Shown here: positions 1 through 8,830 of the stretch, in pieces
Position numbering within the stretch: position 1 is the first letter of the stretch
Layout of the letters: each line of letters opens with the position of its first letter
NCBI GenBank assembly: GCA_964551995.1
Contig: CAZKFD010000011.1
Span: forward strand, 173,036 to 237,035
DNA: 64,000 nucleotides
Direction of reading: 5' to 3'
From: an uncultured Eubacteriales bacterium
Lineage (GTDB): Bacteria; Acidobacteriota; Aminicenantia; Aminicenantales; Saccharicenantaceae
Notes under the pieces: generated by a model
Databases searched by the model: none
Told to the model about the DNA's origin: nothing
Seen by the model: only the letters and a program-made list of their open reading frames with translations
Made by a program: the position numbers and the translations under genes

Positions 1-1359
1 GAAGCCGACGCGCGTAAACTCTCTCAGGGACCAGGGGAGGGGCCAGGTCTCGTCGGGCGGGGCCACGACCATGATCAGCGTGTCCGCGCGGTCCGACGAG
101 ACGCCGGCGACCCCCTGCACGGTCCGAACGAGCTTCATGAAGTCCGGGCTAGTCTGGGCGTAAACGTACGGATTCGTCGGGTTCGCGAAGTCGATGAAAT
201 TGGCCCGGACATCCTGATAGGTCAAGCCGAGGAGCCCGGCGGCGAAAAGGGTCAGCACGGCCGCCTTGGCGAGGGACGACTTGGCGGCGTTCAAGAGTCC
301 GGCCGCGCCGTGTCCGGCGAGAATGACTGCGCCCGCGTAAAACGGGACCGCGTTCCAGGGTGTTTTATAGGGGATTAGAGAATAGGCGGCGGCGGCGAGG
401 ACGGTAAAGAAAAAGATGAAGCGGACGAGGCGCGAGCGGCCCTCATGACCCGGCCCCGGGACGAAAACGAAAACGCTTCCCGCGGCGGCCAGGGCCAGGA
501 CGAACGCCTCGCTCCAGACAGGGCCATGTCGGAAGCGGGAAAAGGCCAGCATCCGGAGATAATACGGCCAGTGCTCTGCGTGGACGCCCGGGGCTCCGAC
601 GCGGGCGAGATACCCGCCGAAAGCGCGCACCGAATCGGCCAAGCCCCCCGGGTTGGTCAGGAAAGATGTGAAGAACAGCCAAGACGTGACGAAAGCCGAG
701 GCCAGGAAGAGCGCGATGTCGAAGAGGACCGCCTGCCCCTTCCGGGCCCCGGGAGATGTCGGCCTAGGGCCGGCGACCAGGTCGAGCACGGCGGCCGTAG
801 CGAGCGCGCCGAAGAGGATGACCGAAGTCTCCTTCGTGGCGAACATCATCCCCGCGGCAAATCCTGCGGCGGCGGCCCACGCCGGGGACCGCGTCCGGAG
901 GTACCTCCAGCCGGCGGCGACAAAACCGACGAGAAAAAAAGCGAGGATCGTCTCCTGGATGTAGAACCGGCTGTAATAGGTCAGAAGGGGCGAGACGGCC
1001 GCGAGAAACGCCGCCGAGACGATCGTCTCCCGCGCCAGGCTGCCCGCAAAGAAGAGGAGGAGAATGAGTGTCCCCGTCCCGAAGAGCGCGGGCACGAGCC
1101 TCAGCGTGGTCTCGTCCACCGCCGCCAGGGACCTTTCCCCGAGGAGCCTGGCCACGGGGAGGGTCAGGTAATACAGCGTCGGGCCGTGGTGGTCCTTCGG
1201 GTCGTAGCGGTATTCACCCCTCTCGAGGAGGGCGGCGAACTTGACCGCCTGGTTGGCCTCGTCATGGTGCATCGGCCGGACGTCCAGGCGGACGATCCGG
1301 AAAAAGAGCGCACACACGACCGCGCTCCAGAAGAGAGCCCGGAAGGCTTTGTTCGTCAT
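1..1359 (-). CDS. ArnT/PMT-like (GT39/GT83, TIGR03663-like) integral membrane glycosyltransferase; 3' end lies beyond window start
   Basis: The minus-strand translation starts MTNKAFRALFWSAVVCALFF..RLDVRPMHHDEANQAVKFAALLERGEYRYDPKDHHGPTLYYLTLP. Further downstream it reads ..YKTPWNAVPFYAGAVILAG... The ATG at 1357-1359 overlaps the upstream gene's TGA (ATGA). No stop falls inside the window, so the ORF track does not list it. Confidence 0.6.
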   Translation of the reverse strand, partial: MTNKAFRALFWSAVVCALFFRIVRLDVRPMHHDEANQAVKFAALLERGEYRYDPKDHHGPTLYYLTLPVARLLGERSLAAVDETTLRLVPALFGTGTLILLLFFAGSLARETIVSAAFLAAVSPLLTYYSRFYIQETILAFFLVGFVAAGWRYLRTRSPAWAAAAGFAAGMMFATKETSVILFGALATAAVLDLVAGPRPTSPGARKGQAVLFDIALFLASAFVTSWLFFTSFLTNPGGLADSVRAFGGYLARVGAPGVHAEHWPYYLRMLAFSRFRHGPVWSEAFVLALAAAGSVFVFVPGPGHEGRSRLVRFIFFFTVLAAAAYSLIPYKTPWNAVPFYAGAVILAGHGAAGLLNAAKSSLAKAAVLTLFAAGLLGLTYQDVRANFIDFANPTNPYVYAQTSPDFMKLVRTVQGVAGVSSDRADTLIMVVAPPDETWPLPWSLREFTRVGF

Positions 1360-2039
1360 TTGCCGGGGATGCCGTAGACTTCGACCTCCACATAATGGTT
1401 CATGTCGTTCGAGGTGTTGCCGCGGCTGTAGAGCCGGACATACCGCGCCCGGACGCCGCGGGCGTCAATGAGCTTCCCCTCGTAGGTTTCGATGTATTCC
1501 TTGTCCCGGCCGACGCCGAGGCCCGAGGTGTTGTCGGAGTCGTTGTTGAAGAGCGTCGTCACGCCCTGGACGAAGTCCTTGTCGTCGGACACCTGGACGA
1601 TGACGTCCCGGTACACCCGGGCCTGACTGTGATAATGCCAGACGACGATCGCGTAGAGGGTGTCCGGCTGACCGAGGTCAATCTGGACCCACTGAAGGCC
1701 AGGCCCCAGCTCCACGTAGTAGCCGTCTTCTCCGGATTTCTGGCCGTCAGTGACGAACGAGAGGTCGCCGATGACAGGTTCCATGTCGCTTGCAGTGACG
1801 GGCTTGCCGCGCGAGAGCAGGACCGTGCCGACGGGGACGAGGAACGGGCCGCGGGGACGGCCGGTGATCGGCTCCAAGTTGGGGGTCCGGATGTTCCTCG
1901 GAGTTCCGATGAACATCGGCTTGGGGAGCTCGATCTTCAGGACCTCCTTGCCTTTCTCCTGCCGGGCCGAGCCGGGAGACGGGAGAATGAGGGCCAGTCC
2001 GAGGACGGCGACGGAGGCCAGGATGAGCGTTCGTTTCAT
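1356..2039 (-). CDS. secreted discoidin (F5/8 type C, galactose-binding-like) domain protein
   Basis: This is the 241 aa ORF 1356..2081. The internal start MKRTLILASVAVLGLALILPSPGSA gives a signal peptide, and a GGAGGAG RBS precedes the ATG at 2039. The C-terminal YVRLYSRGNTSNDMNHYVEVEVYG is typical of a discoidin fold. Confidence 0.6.
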   Translation of the reverse strand: MKRTLILASVAVLGLALILPSPGSARQEKGKEVLKIELPKPMFIGTPRNIRTPNLEPITGRPRGPFLVPVGTVLLSRGKPVTASDMEPVIGDLSFVTDGQKSGEDGYYVELGPGLQWVQIDLGQPDTLYAIVVWHYHSQARVYRDVIVQVSDDKDFVQGVTTLFNNDSDNTSGLGVGRDKEYIETYEGKLIDARGVRARYVRLYSRGNTSNDMNHYVEVEVYGIPGK

Positions 2040-2061
2040 AACAGTCTCCTCCTCTGCGTGC

Positions 2062-3054
2062 CTAGGCGATCGAAACGGCATTGAATATTTTACACTTTTT
2101 TTCGGTGATAATCACGACGGCCCAGACCTCGGGGCGCTCCCGGCAATAGGCTTCAACCTCCCCGGTCGTCATCACCAGGAACGCCGTCGAAAGCGCGTCC
2201 GCGAGGGCGGCCGAAGGATGAAACGCCCAGGCCGCCAGGTGGCCGCCGGCCGGGGCGCCGTTCCGGGGATCGATGATATGGGCGCCCTTGACCTCGGTCC
2301 CGGAGCCGCTGAGGGCGCCGCCGCGGAGCCGGATTATCCGGGGCATGCCGCAGCATTTCCAGGTGGAGGCTGCCCCGACCGGCCAGCCCGATCCTCTGGG
2401 GCCGGGCCCCGGGCCGAAGCCCAGGGCCGTGCTCGTCCCGCTGTGGAGGAGGGCGTTCCCGATGCTCCAGTCCTCGAGGACTTCGCGGGCCTTGTCGAGG
2501 GCGTAGCCCTTTCCGATGCCGCCCAGGTCGAGGTCGAGGCGGGCCGGCTCCTTCGCGGCCCGGACGGCCGGCCGCGAGGCTTTGAAGCCGGAGCGCGTTC
2601 TTTCAACCCTGAGGAGGCCGGACACCGTCCGCGGTCCGGGCCTGCGGGAGCCGGACTTTCCCCGGCCGGGGAGGCCGCCTTTCTCGTCGGGGGACAGACC
2701 GGCCGCGGCCTTCGCGCCGCGGAGGCCCGCTTGCGGCGCGGACAAGCGCGCCCGGAAATTGATGTCGAAGGCCCCGTTTGTTTCAGCCTGCACCCGGGCG
2801 GCCAGCCTCAGGCATTCGTATGTTTCGAGGCCGATCCGCAGCGTCTCTCCAGGGGCCAGCCGGCTGATCCGGCTGATCTCGCTCGAGGGATCGAACCGGC
2901 TGAAGAGGCGCTCGATGCGGTCGATCTCATCGAAGACGGCTCGGGAGGCCTGGCGGGCGTATGTTTCGTTCCGATCTGCGACGAACAGCTCGAAGACTGT
3001 GGCCATCGTCTCGTGCGCGAAACGCCGAACGGGAGTGCGGGGAACCTCCGGCAT
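2062..3054 (-). CDS. apbE: FAD:protein FMN transferase ApbE family
   Basis: It carries the LDLGGIGKGYALD signature and an N-terminal ..MATVFELFV core. There is no obvious signal peptide. A low-complexity Gly/Pro/Arg insertion precedes the GKGY motif. Confidence 0.8.
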   Translation of the reverse strand: MPEVPRTPVRRFAHETMATVFELFVADRNETYARQASRAVFDEIDRIERLFSRFDPSSEISRISRLAPGETLRIGLETYECLRLAARVQAETNGAFDINFRARLSAPQAGLRGAKAAAGLSPDEKGGLPGRGKSGSRRPGPRTVSGLLRVERTRSGFKASRPAVRAAKEPARLDLDLGGIGKGYALDKAREVLEDWSIGNALLHSGTSTALGFGPGPGPRGSGWPVGAASTWKCCGMPRIIRLRGGALSGSGTEVKGAHIIDPRNGAPAGGHLAAWAFHPSAALADALSTAFLVMTTGEVEAYCRERPEVWAVVIITEKKCKIFNAVSIA

Positions 3055-3118
3055 GGCCGCATTCTATCAATAAAAAACAAGGAGGGACAGCCCCCGGGAA
3101 GCCTATCCGTCTTTTCGA

Positions 3119-6100
3119 TTACGGCGTCGAGGGCTTTTCGCCGAGCGGCAGCTCCTGGATGGAGTCCGGCGCGGCGTTGACCCGGGCGGCGACCTGGCCG
3201 ATGCCTCCGGCGTCCTTGCCGCTGACGAAGTGGACGTCGAGCAGGCCCTCGGCGCGGAAGCCGGTTCTCAGGTAGTTCATCTCGGCCAGGGACACGCTCC
3301 AGCCCTGGAGCCAGGCCTCGAGTTCGCGCCGCTGCTGGGCGGTGCCCTGGAAGCGGACGGCCAGCTTGATGGGGCTGCCCGTGCTGACGACGCCGGACTT
3401 CGGTTCGCCGAACACGTAGAGGGCCTTGACGCCCCAGCGCTCGGCGTCGCAATGGAGGGCGATTTGGGCGGCCATGTGAAGCCGCCAGTGGGCGTGCCCG
3501 CTGTCGTCCCGGTACTTCGCCGCCTGCTCCGGCTCGAGCGCGGCCCGCATCGAGGCCCCCGGCTCTGTAAACATGCCCACGGCCAGCTCCCTGTCGCCGT
3601 TCATCAAAATCCGCAGGACTTTGCCTCCCGTGGCCTCGGGGACGTCGATGACGCGGAGGGATTCGGCGAGGCCGGCGAATTCGGGGAGGAACTCGGCGAG
3701 CCGGTTCGGCGAGGACAGAAAAAAGCTCTCGTTGAATCTCACGCCGGCGTCGTCCGGGTAGAGAGGCAAGTAGCGGATGCCTGATTCGACGAGGTCCTGG
3801 AAAAAGTGCGTTCCGAAGGACACGTCGGGGACGTAGTTGCCCTTCTTGCGGGCGACTTCGATGAGCATCGCGGTATTGCTGATGTCCGAGTAGGTCACGC
3901 GGACGCCGAGCTTGATGTCGCCACGGCTTCCCCACCGCCCGGGGCCGATCAGAACGAACTGCCGGTTGGGCAGGATCTGGTTGAGCCTCCCGACGGCCAG
4001 CCCGACCGCGGCCAGCTCCGTCAGCCCCGGAATTTCGCCGTACTTTTCCGGGTCGACATAGACGATGTGGGTAATGTCGGCCACCTGGCCGTTCGAGACG
4101 TAGCGCCGGGCCGTGAAGAGGATCGTGTCGTCGGGTATGCCGGCCGGGATTTCCATCGGGAGGTCCTCGACCGCGTAGCTCTGGGGCCGGCACTGCAGGA
4201 GGTAGAAGTCCTTTCCGTCGGAGGCGAACTCGATATCGACAGGGACGCCGAGAGCCGTCTCCAGGGTCTTGAGGATGGCCTCGAGCTGGCCCATGAAGGG
4301 ACTGGCGGAGATGAGGCCGTCGAAAGTGACCACGGCGTCCACCTTCGCGAAATCCGTGGCCAGGCCCATGGGGCGCTGGAGGACCCCGTCATGGAAGAGC
4401 GAGATGACCTTGTTGAGGGCCGGGTATTCGGGTCCGGACTCCCTGAGCAGGTCCTTGATATCTTTGGTCTCGAAACAGTTGTTCTCCAGGTTGATGACGT
4501 CGATCTTCTTGGGCGAATAGCGGATGACCTCGTCGATCGAGACGTTCACGCGGAGGTTCGGACGCCCCGGCGCCACCATGATGGGGTAGTCGTCGCTGAC
4601 CCTGTCCACGGCCCGGGTGCCGAGCCCGGGGACGAGGCGGAGAAGGCCGTCCTCGCGCCGGATCCGCGGCGACCAGCGGAACTCGTTCCGGCTGAAGGCG
4701 ACCCCGGCGTAGGCCGGAAGGTAATAGTGCCCGACCTGCCGGCCGACGACCTCCTGGATCATGATCCCCATTTCCTCGTAATAATCGAGCAGCCCCCGTT
4801 CGGCCCTGTACTGGATGGGGTCGGGGCTGAAGATCGAGGCGTAGACCTCGGCCACGGCGTCAAGCAGGGCGTCGAGCCGCTCCTTCTTGCTGCCCTGATT
4901 GGCCAGGAAGAGGCTCTTGTATTTCCCGGCGAAGGCAGTCCCGAGCCGGTCCTCGAGGAGGCTCGAGCTGCGGACGATGAGCGGGACGTCCCCGAAATCG
5001 TCCAGAGCGAGCGACAGCCCTTTCACGATCTCCTGCGGGAAGGAGCAGGTCTTGAAGACGTGGACGATGTGCGGGTATTCCTGGCGGACCTCCTCGATAT
5101 CCTTGTATTTCTGCTCGATGACCTCGTCGAGGTCGTTGTGCTGGACGAAGGCCATGATGGCGTCGGAGGTAATGTACCACGTCTTCGGCGTCTTGACCTC
5201 GCCGACCTCCTGGAGGCGGCGCGCGGCCTGCTTGAGGATGCGGCTGGCGAGGAACAGCCCGGCGCTCTTGCCCCCGAGCTTCCCGTGGCTGCCCTCGGGG
5301 AAGATGATGCGTTCCATGAGGTCGAAGAAATCCTCGGGCTCGACGTACTTCTTGGCGATGTTGATGAACTCGAGCTGTTCGGTGAAGAAGCGCCGGATCA
5401 GGGCCACGCGGACGCTGTTGGACGTGGCCCGGGGCAGCTGGATCCCCTCGGGGATGAGCCGCCGGTAGCGCTGGATCGATTCCAGGACCTCGTTGAGCGG
5501 GGCGTACACGTCTTCCAGCGTCTTAACCGAGGCGCTCGAGCGGTCCTCGTTCATCCATTTCTGGATGCGGGACATGATCTCCTCGTCCGTCAGGTTGTCC
5601 GAGGCGATCTTGAAGGTTTCCTCGCTGAGCTTGACGAACCATTCCACGCTTCCCCGCTCCTGCGGAACATTCGATTCCCCGAATACACCCTCGGCCTCCT
5701 GCTCCTCTCCGATGCGCTGCAGGAGCGCCCGGGCCTCGCTCACGCCGCGCCATCCGAGGTAGTTCATCATCTTGCGCGAGACGCGGATGAACAGGTTCTG
5801 GTCGGAGTTGCGGAGCAGGTCCAGGGTGATGCGCCAAGCTGGCCTGTCGCGGCCCGGGCCGCGGCGCTCGTCGGCCATCTCGTCGAACATCCGGCGGAGC
5901 CTCTGATGAAGAATGAACTGGCCGATGCGGTCGGCGATCGTCTGGACGAGCTTGACCTCGCCCTTGAGGAAGGGGCCGCACTCGTTCTCCGGAGTCTGGC
6001 GTTTGTAGGATACGCAGAGCCGCCCGGCCGTGGCCTCCTGGACTCGGATGTCGGCGCAGTGGACGTGGGGGGAATCCTCGAAGCCGGGCGATTCGTAGAC

Positions 6101-6313
6101 GTCGTCGCCGCAGGTGATCCGGGCCTGGCAGCATTCGGGATATTGCCACCCGGGCGGGATGGCCTCGAGGATGAGGGGAAGGACTTCTTTGAGAGGCTGG
6201 TCGAAATGACTCAGGATCTCTTCGACCCTGTAGAGACAGTTGAGCTCCTTGGCCCGCTCGTGGAGGCTCGAGAAAAGCGTGTTGACAGCCGTCGGCGTCC
6301 GTTGGTTCGCCAT
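3119..6313 (-). CDS. large PEP/pyruvate-binding (PPDK/PEP synthase N-terminal ATP-grasp) domain protein
   Basis: The 1064 aa product has VRSSSLLEDRLGTAFAGKYKSLFL and GGKSAGLFLASRIL motifs from the pyruvate phosphate dikinase nucleotide-binding domain. Long N- and C-terminal extensions carry a Cys-rich segment. Confidence 0.7.
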   Translation of the reverse strand: MANQRTPTAVNTLFSSLHERAKELNCLYRVEEILSHFDQPLKEVLPLILEAIPPGWQYPECCQARITCGDDVYESPGFEDSPHVHCADIRVQEATAGRLCVSYKRQTPENECGPFLKGEVKLVQTIADRIGQFILHQRLRRMFDEMADERRGPGRDRPAWRITLDLLRNSDQNLFIRVSRKMMNYLGWRGVSEARALLQRIGEEQEAEGVFGESNVPQERGSVEWFVKLSEETFKIASDNLTDEEIMSRIQKWMNEDRSSASVKTLEDVYAPLNEVLESIQRYRRLIPEGIQLPRATSNSVRVALIRRFFTEQLEFINIAKKYVEPEDFFDLMERIIFPEGSHGKLGGKSAGLFLASRILKQAARRLQEVGEVKTPKTWYITSDAIMAFVQHNDLDEVIEQKYKDIEEVRQEYPHIVHVFKTCSFPQEIVKGLSLALDDFGDVPLIVRSSSLLEDRLGTAFAGKYKSLFLANQGSKKERLDALLDAVAEVYASIFSPDPIQYRAERGLLDYYEEMGIMIQEVVGRQVGHYYLPAYAGVAFSRNEFRWSPRIRREDGLLRLVPGLGTRAVDRVSDDYPIMVAPGRPNLRVNVSIDEVIRYSPKKIDVINLENNCFETKDIKDLLRESGPEYPALNKVISLFHDGVLQRPMGLATDFAKVDAVVTFDGLISASPFMGQLEAILKTLETALGVPVDIEFASDGKDFYLLQCRPQSYAVEDLPMEIPAGIPDDTILFTARRYVSNGQVADITHIVYVDPEKYGEIPGLTELAAVGLAVGRLNQILPNRQFVLIGPGRWGSRGDIKLGVRVTYSDISNTAMLIEVARKKGNYVPDVSFGTHFFQDLVESGIRYLPLYPDDAGVRFNESFFLSSPNRLAEFLPEFAGLAESLRVIDVPEATGGKVLRILMNGDRELAVGMFTEPGASMRAALEPEQAAKYRDDSGHAHWRLHMAAQIALHCDAERWGVKALYVFGEPKSGVVSTGSPIKLAVRFQGTAQQRRELEAWLQGWSVSLAEMNYLRTGFRAEGLLDVHFVSGKDAGGIGQVAARVNAAPDSIQELPLGEKPSTP

Positions 6314-6355
6314 CGCGCCGCGTCCCTCCTTCGCGGCCAGGCCCGCAAGACTATT

Positions 6356-7642
6356 TTAAACCCAGCCGCGATCTTTGCAAGCGTTGGCGACTCGGCTGAC
6401 CGCGATCACATAAGCCGCGTCCCGCATATAGAGCTTCCGGGTCCGGGCGAGCTCGCTCACGGCGAGGAAGGCCGCCGTCATCTTGTGGTCGAGCCGGCTG
6501 AGGACTTCCTCCTTTGGCCAGTAGAAGTTCTGGTTCGACTGAACCTGCTCGAAGTAGCTGCAGGTGACGCCGCCCGCGTTGGCTAGGAAGTCCGGGATAA
6601 CGAAGATGCCCCGGCTCTTGATCACGGCGTCGGCTTCCGGGGTCGTCGGACCGTTGGCGCCCTCGGCGATCACCCTGGCCCGCGGCCCGATCTTCTTCAC
6701 GGTCTCGGCGTTGATCTGGTTCTCGATGGCGGCCGGGATCAGGATATCGACGTCCTGCTCGATCCAGGCGTCGCCCGGCAGGCGCTCGTACCCGAGCTTC
6801 GTGACCTTGGCCTTATCGATGCCGCCGAACTCGTCGGTGATCGCCATGAGCTCCTCGAGGTTGACGCCGCTCTTTTTGACATACGTGTATGAGGTCTTGT
6901 CTTTCTGGTCCCAGCAGGCGACGCAGACGACCTTGCCGCCGAGCTGCGTGTAGAGCTGGATCGCGTACTGGGCGACGTTGCCGAAGCCCTGGACGGCGGC
7001 GACGGTCTTTTCGATCGGCAGCCCGAGCTCCTTGAGCGCCTCGCGGAGCGTGTGGACGAGGCCGTAACCCGTGGCCTCGGTGCGGCCGAGCGAGCCGCCC
7101 ATGCCGACGGGCTTGCCGGTGATGAAGCCGGGGTATTTCGCGCCCCGGATGGCCTCATATTCGTCGAGCATCCACAGCATGTGCTGCGGGTTGGTCATGA
7201 CGTCGGGGGCGGGCACGTCGCTCAGCGGGCCGACGTTCTTCGCGACCTGGCGCACCCAGCCCCGGCAGAGGCGCTCCTGTTCGTGTTCGCTGAGGTTGTG
7301 CGGGTCGCAAATGACGCCCCCCTTCCCGCCGCCGAGCGGGATGTCCACGACGGAACATTTCCAGGTCATCCACATGGACAGCGCCCGGACGGTGTCGATC
7401 GTCTCCTGGGGGTGGAAGCGGATGCCGCCCTTGCAGGGGCCCCGCGCGTCGTTGTGCTGGCAGCGGAAGCCGCGGAAGACGCGGACCGTACCGTCGTCCA
7501 GGCGAACGGGAATGGAGAAATGATACTCACGGAGGGGCTGACGGAGCAGGTCCCTCGTGGGCTGGTCAAGCTCGAGAAGGTCGGCGACGCCGTCGAACTG
7601 CTTCTGGGCCATCTCGAACGGATTGAACCCTTTGGTCGCCAT
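6356..7642 (-). CDS. gdhA: NAD(P)-specific glutamate dehydrogenase
   Basis: The 428 aa product has the KGGIRFHP and GGGKGG motifs and reads as GDH across its full length. Confidence 0.9.
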   Translation of the reverse strand: MATKGFNPFEMAQKQFDGVADLLELDQPTRDLLRQPLREYHFSIPVRLDDGTVRVFRGFRCQHNDARGPCKGGIRFHPQETIDTVRALSMWMTWKCSVVDIPLGGGKGGVICDPHNLSEHEQERLCRGWVRQVAKNVGPLSDVPAPDVMTNPQHMLWMLDEYEAIRGAKYPGFITGKPVGMGGSLGRTEATGYGLVHTLREALKELGLPIEKTVAAVQGFGNVAQYAIQLYTQLGGKVVCVACWDQKDKTSYTYVKKSGVNLEELMAITDEFGGIDKAKVTKLGYERLPGDAWIEQDVDILIPAAIENQINAETVKKIGPRARVIAEGANGPTTPEADAVIKSRGIFVIPDFLANAGGVTCSYFEQVQSNQNFYWPKEEVLSRLDHKMTAAFLAVSELARTRKLYMRDAAYVIAVSRVANACKDRGWV

Positions 7643-7716
7643 GAAGAAACTCCATTCTGTTATGAATGTATGATGACATTCTGAGAAGCAATAAAATCGC
7701 TCAAACGTGAGTAGAA

Positions 7717-7745
7717 ATTATAATCTCGGGGAGGTTAATATTCAA
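7717..7745 (-). promoter_or_regulatory. sigma70-type promoter for gdhA (TTGAAT-17-TATAAT on minus strand)
   Basis: On the minus strand the -10 box is at 7717-7722 and the -35 box at 7740-7745, with a 17 nt spacer. It sits in an AT-rich island about 75 nt upstream of the gdhA ATG. Confidence 0.55.
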
Positions 7746-7954
7746 GTCACAGGCAGGAGAGGGGACGTTCCAAAAGAGGCGGGCATGGCAATTCCCGACG
7801 CGCAGTTCATGGGGCCCTCCTCAGCGCCATGGATACCGCGGTGGCTGTCGTTTGACCCGCCATCTTTGAGCCTGGCAGCCTGGTTCTCGGGCAGAAACAC
7901 TACGGAATGGCCGAAATTGACATTAAAAAAATATTATATATCAATAAATATTTA

Positions 7955-7983
7955 TTGACAAACAGTAATTTTATGGTTATATT
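7955..7983 (+). promoter_or_regulatory. sigma70-type promoter (TTGACA-17-TATATT) for the DUF2975/HTH cassette
   Basis: TTGACA lies at 7955-7960 and TATATT at 7978-7983, with a 17 nt spacer and an AT-rich UP-like tract upstream. A GGAGG RBS at 8003-8007 precedes the ATG at 8013. Confidence 0.55.
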
Positions 7984-8012
7984 GATTATCGATAAATGAA
8001 TTGGAGGCCTCA

Positions 8013-8525
8013 ATGGAAAATCAGAACTTTCACATTCCTCTCTCTTCCATTCGGGTGTTCTATCTGTTTATCCAGGTCATTTGGGTTGTCAGTGTGATCG
8101 GCATCGGTATCTGGTCCGTCGTTCTGCCAATCGGCTTCTTCGGCACGCCGGACAAGAAGCCGCTCTTTGATCTGGTGACGTGGGCGACTTGCTTCCGTGG
8201 AATGTTCTCAGGCGCTATCTTCTTATGGGTTCTTTATCCTCTCCGGAGCCTTACGTGCACCGTCAATGGAGGAAGGCCTTTCGATATCACGAATCCTTCC
8301 AGGATCCGCAAAATCGCGTTCGGAGTATTCGCCTGGATACCGGTCGGAATTATCGGAGAATACCTGCTGAAGCCCGCTCGCGGACCGATAACATGGGTCG
8401 ATTTTGCTGGAGTCCTTTGGCAAAAGGCCGTGGTGTTTGGCTTTCTGGGGCTCGCCATTCTTATGTTCGCCGAAGTGTTTGATGTCGGAGTCAGGCTCAA
8501 GCAGGACCAGGACCTGACCGTCTGA
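8013..8525 (+). CDS. DUF2975-family 4-TM membrane protein
   Basis: ORF 8001..8525 is re-started at the ATG at 8013 (MENQNFHIPL..), 5 nt after GGAGG. The product is about 170 aa with four hydrophobic segments. It pairs with the downstream XRE regulator as in known DUF2975/YozG cassettes. Confidence 0.6.
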   Translation: MENQNFHIPLSSIRVFYLFIQVIWVVSVIGIGIWSVVLPIGFFGTPDKKPLFDLVTWATCFRGMFSGAIFLWVLYPLRSLTCTVNGGRPFDITNPSRIRKIAFGVFAWIPVGIIGEYLLKPARGPITWVDFAGVLWQKAVVFGFLGLAILMFAEVFDVGVRLKQDQDLTV

Positions 8526-8533
8526 GGTGGGCC

Positions 8534-8743
8534 ATGCCGATCATCGTCAATCTCGACCTCATGATGGCCAAGCGGAAGATGTCGCTGACCGAGCTCTCGG
8601 AGAAGGTGGGCATTACCATGGCCAACCTCTCGATCCTCAAGCAGGGCCACGCGCGAGCCATCCGCTTCTCGACGCTGGAGAGGATCTGCGGGGTCCTCGA
8701 CTGCCAGCCCGGCGATTTGCTGGAGTTCAAAAGAGAAGGGTAG
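8534..8743 (+). CDS. XRE-family (Cro/C1, YozG-like) helix-turn-helix transcriptional regulator
   Basis: The 69 aa product MPIIVNLDLMMAKRKMSLTELSEKVGITMANLSILKQGHARAIRFSTLERICGVLDCQPGDLLEF is a classic small HTH_26 regulator. Confidence 0.75.
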   Translation: MPIIVNLDLMMAKRKMSLTELSEKVGITMANLSILKQGHARAIRFSTLERICGVLDCQPGDLLEFKREG

Positions 8744-8830
8744 GCCGGTGCGAGGATCTCTCTCGCCGACGAAAGAGAAGAGGCCCTTTCGAAAAGGCGC
8801 CCATCCGTGATCAACCGGGAAGCCCGGCCC

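Noticed and set aside
445-1377. 310-aa plus-strand ORF
   Set aside because: It is antisense to the ArnT-like membrane protein gene, whose minus-strand translation shows clear family motifs. The plus-frame product is R/E/D/G-rich junk.
2516-3073. Several 60-190 aa ORFs nested within larger genes throughout (for example 2516..3073, 5523..6149, 11155..11559)
   Set aside because: They sit in alternative frames of confidently assigned genes and show compositional bias only.
1750-3180. 476-aa plus-strand ORF and 461-aa minus ORF 2808..4193
   Set aside because: Both are alternative frames or strands of the ApbE and PEP-binding genes. They are low complexity and lack an RBS.
3806-6586. 926-aa ORF on the plus strand
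   Set aside because: It is antisense to the PEP/pyruvate-binding gene and gdhA. Its composition is low-complexity D/G/E/R/A and it has no motifs.
7707-7958. 83-aa ORF in the AT-rich island
   Set aside because: It lies across the two divergent promoters, has no RBS and has atypical composition. It is more likely non-coding.
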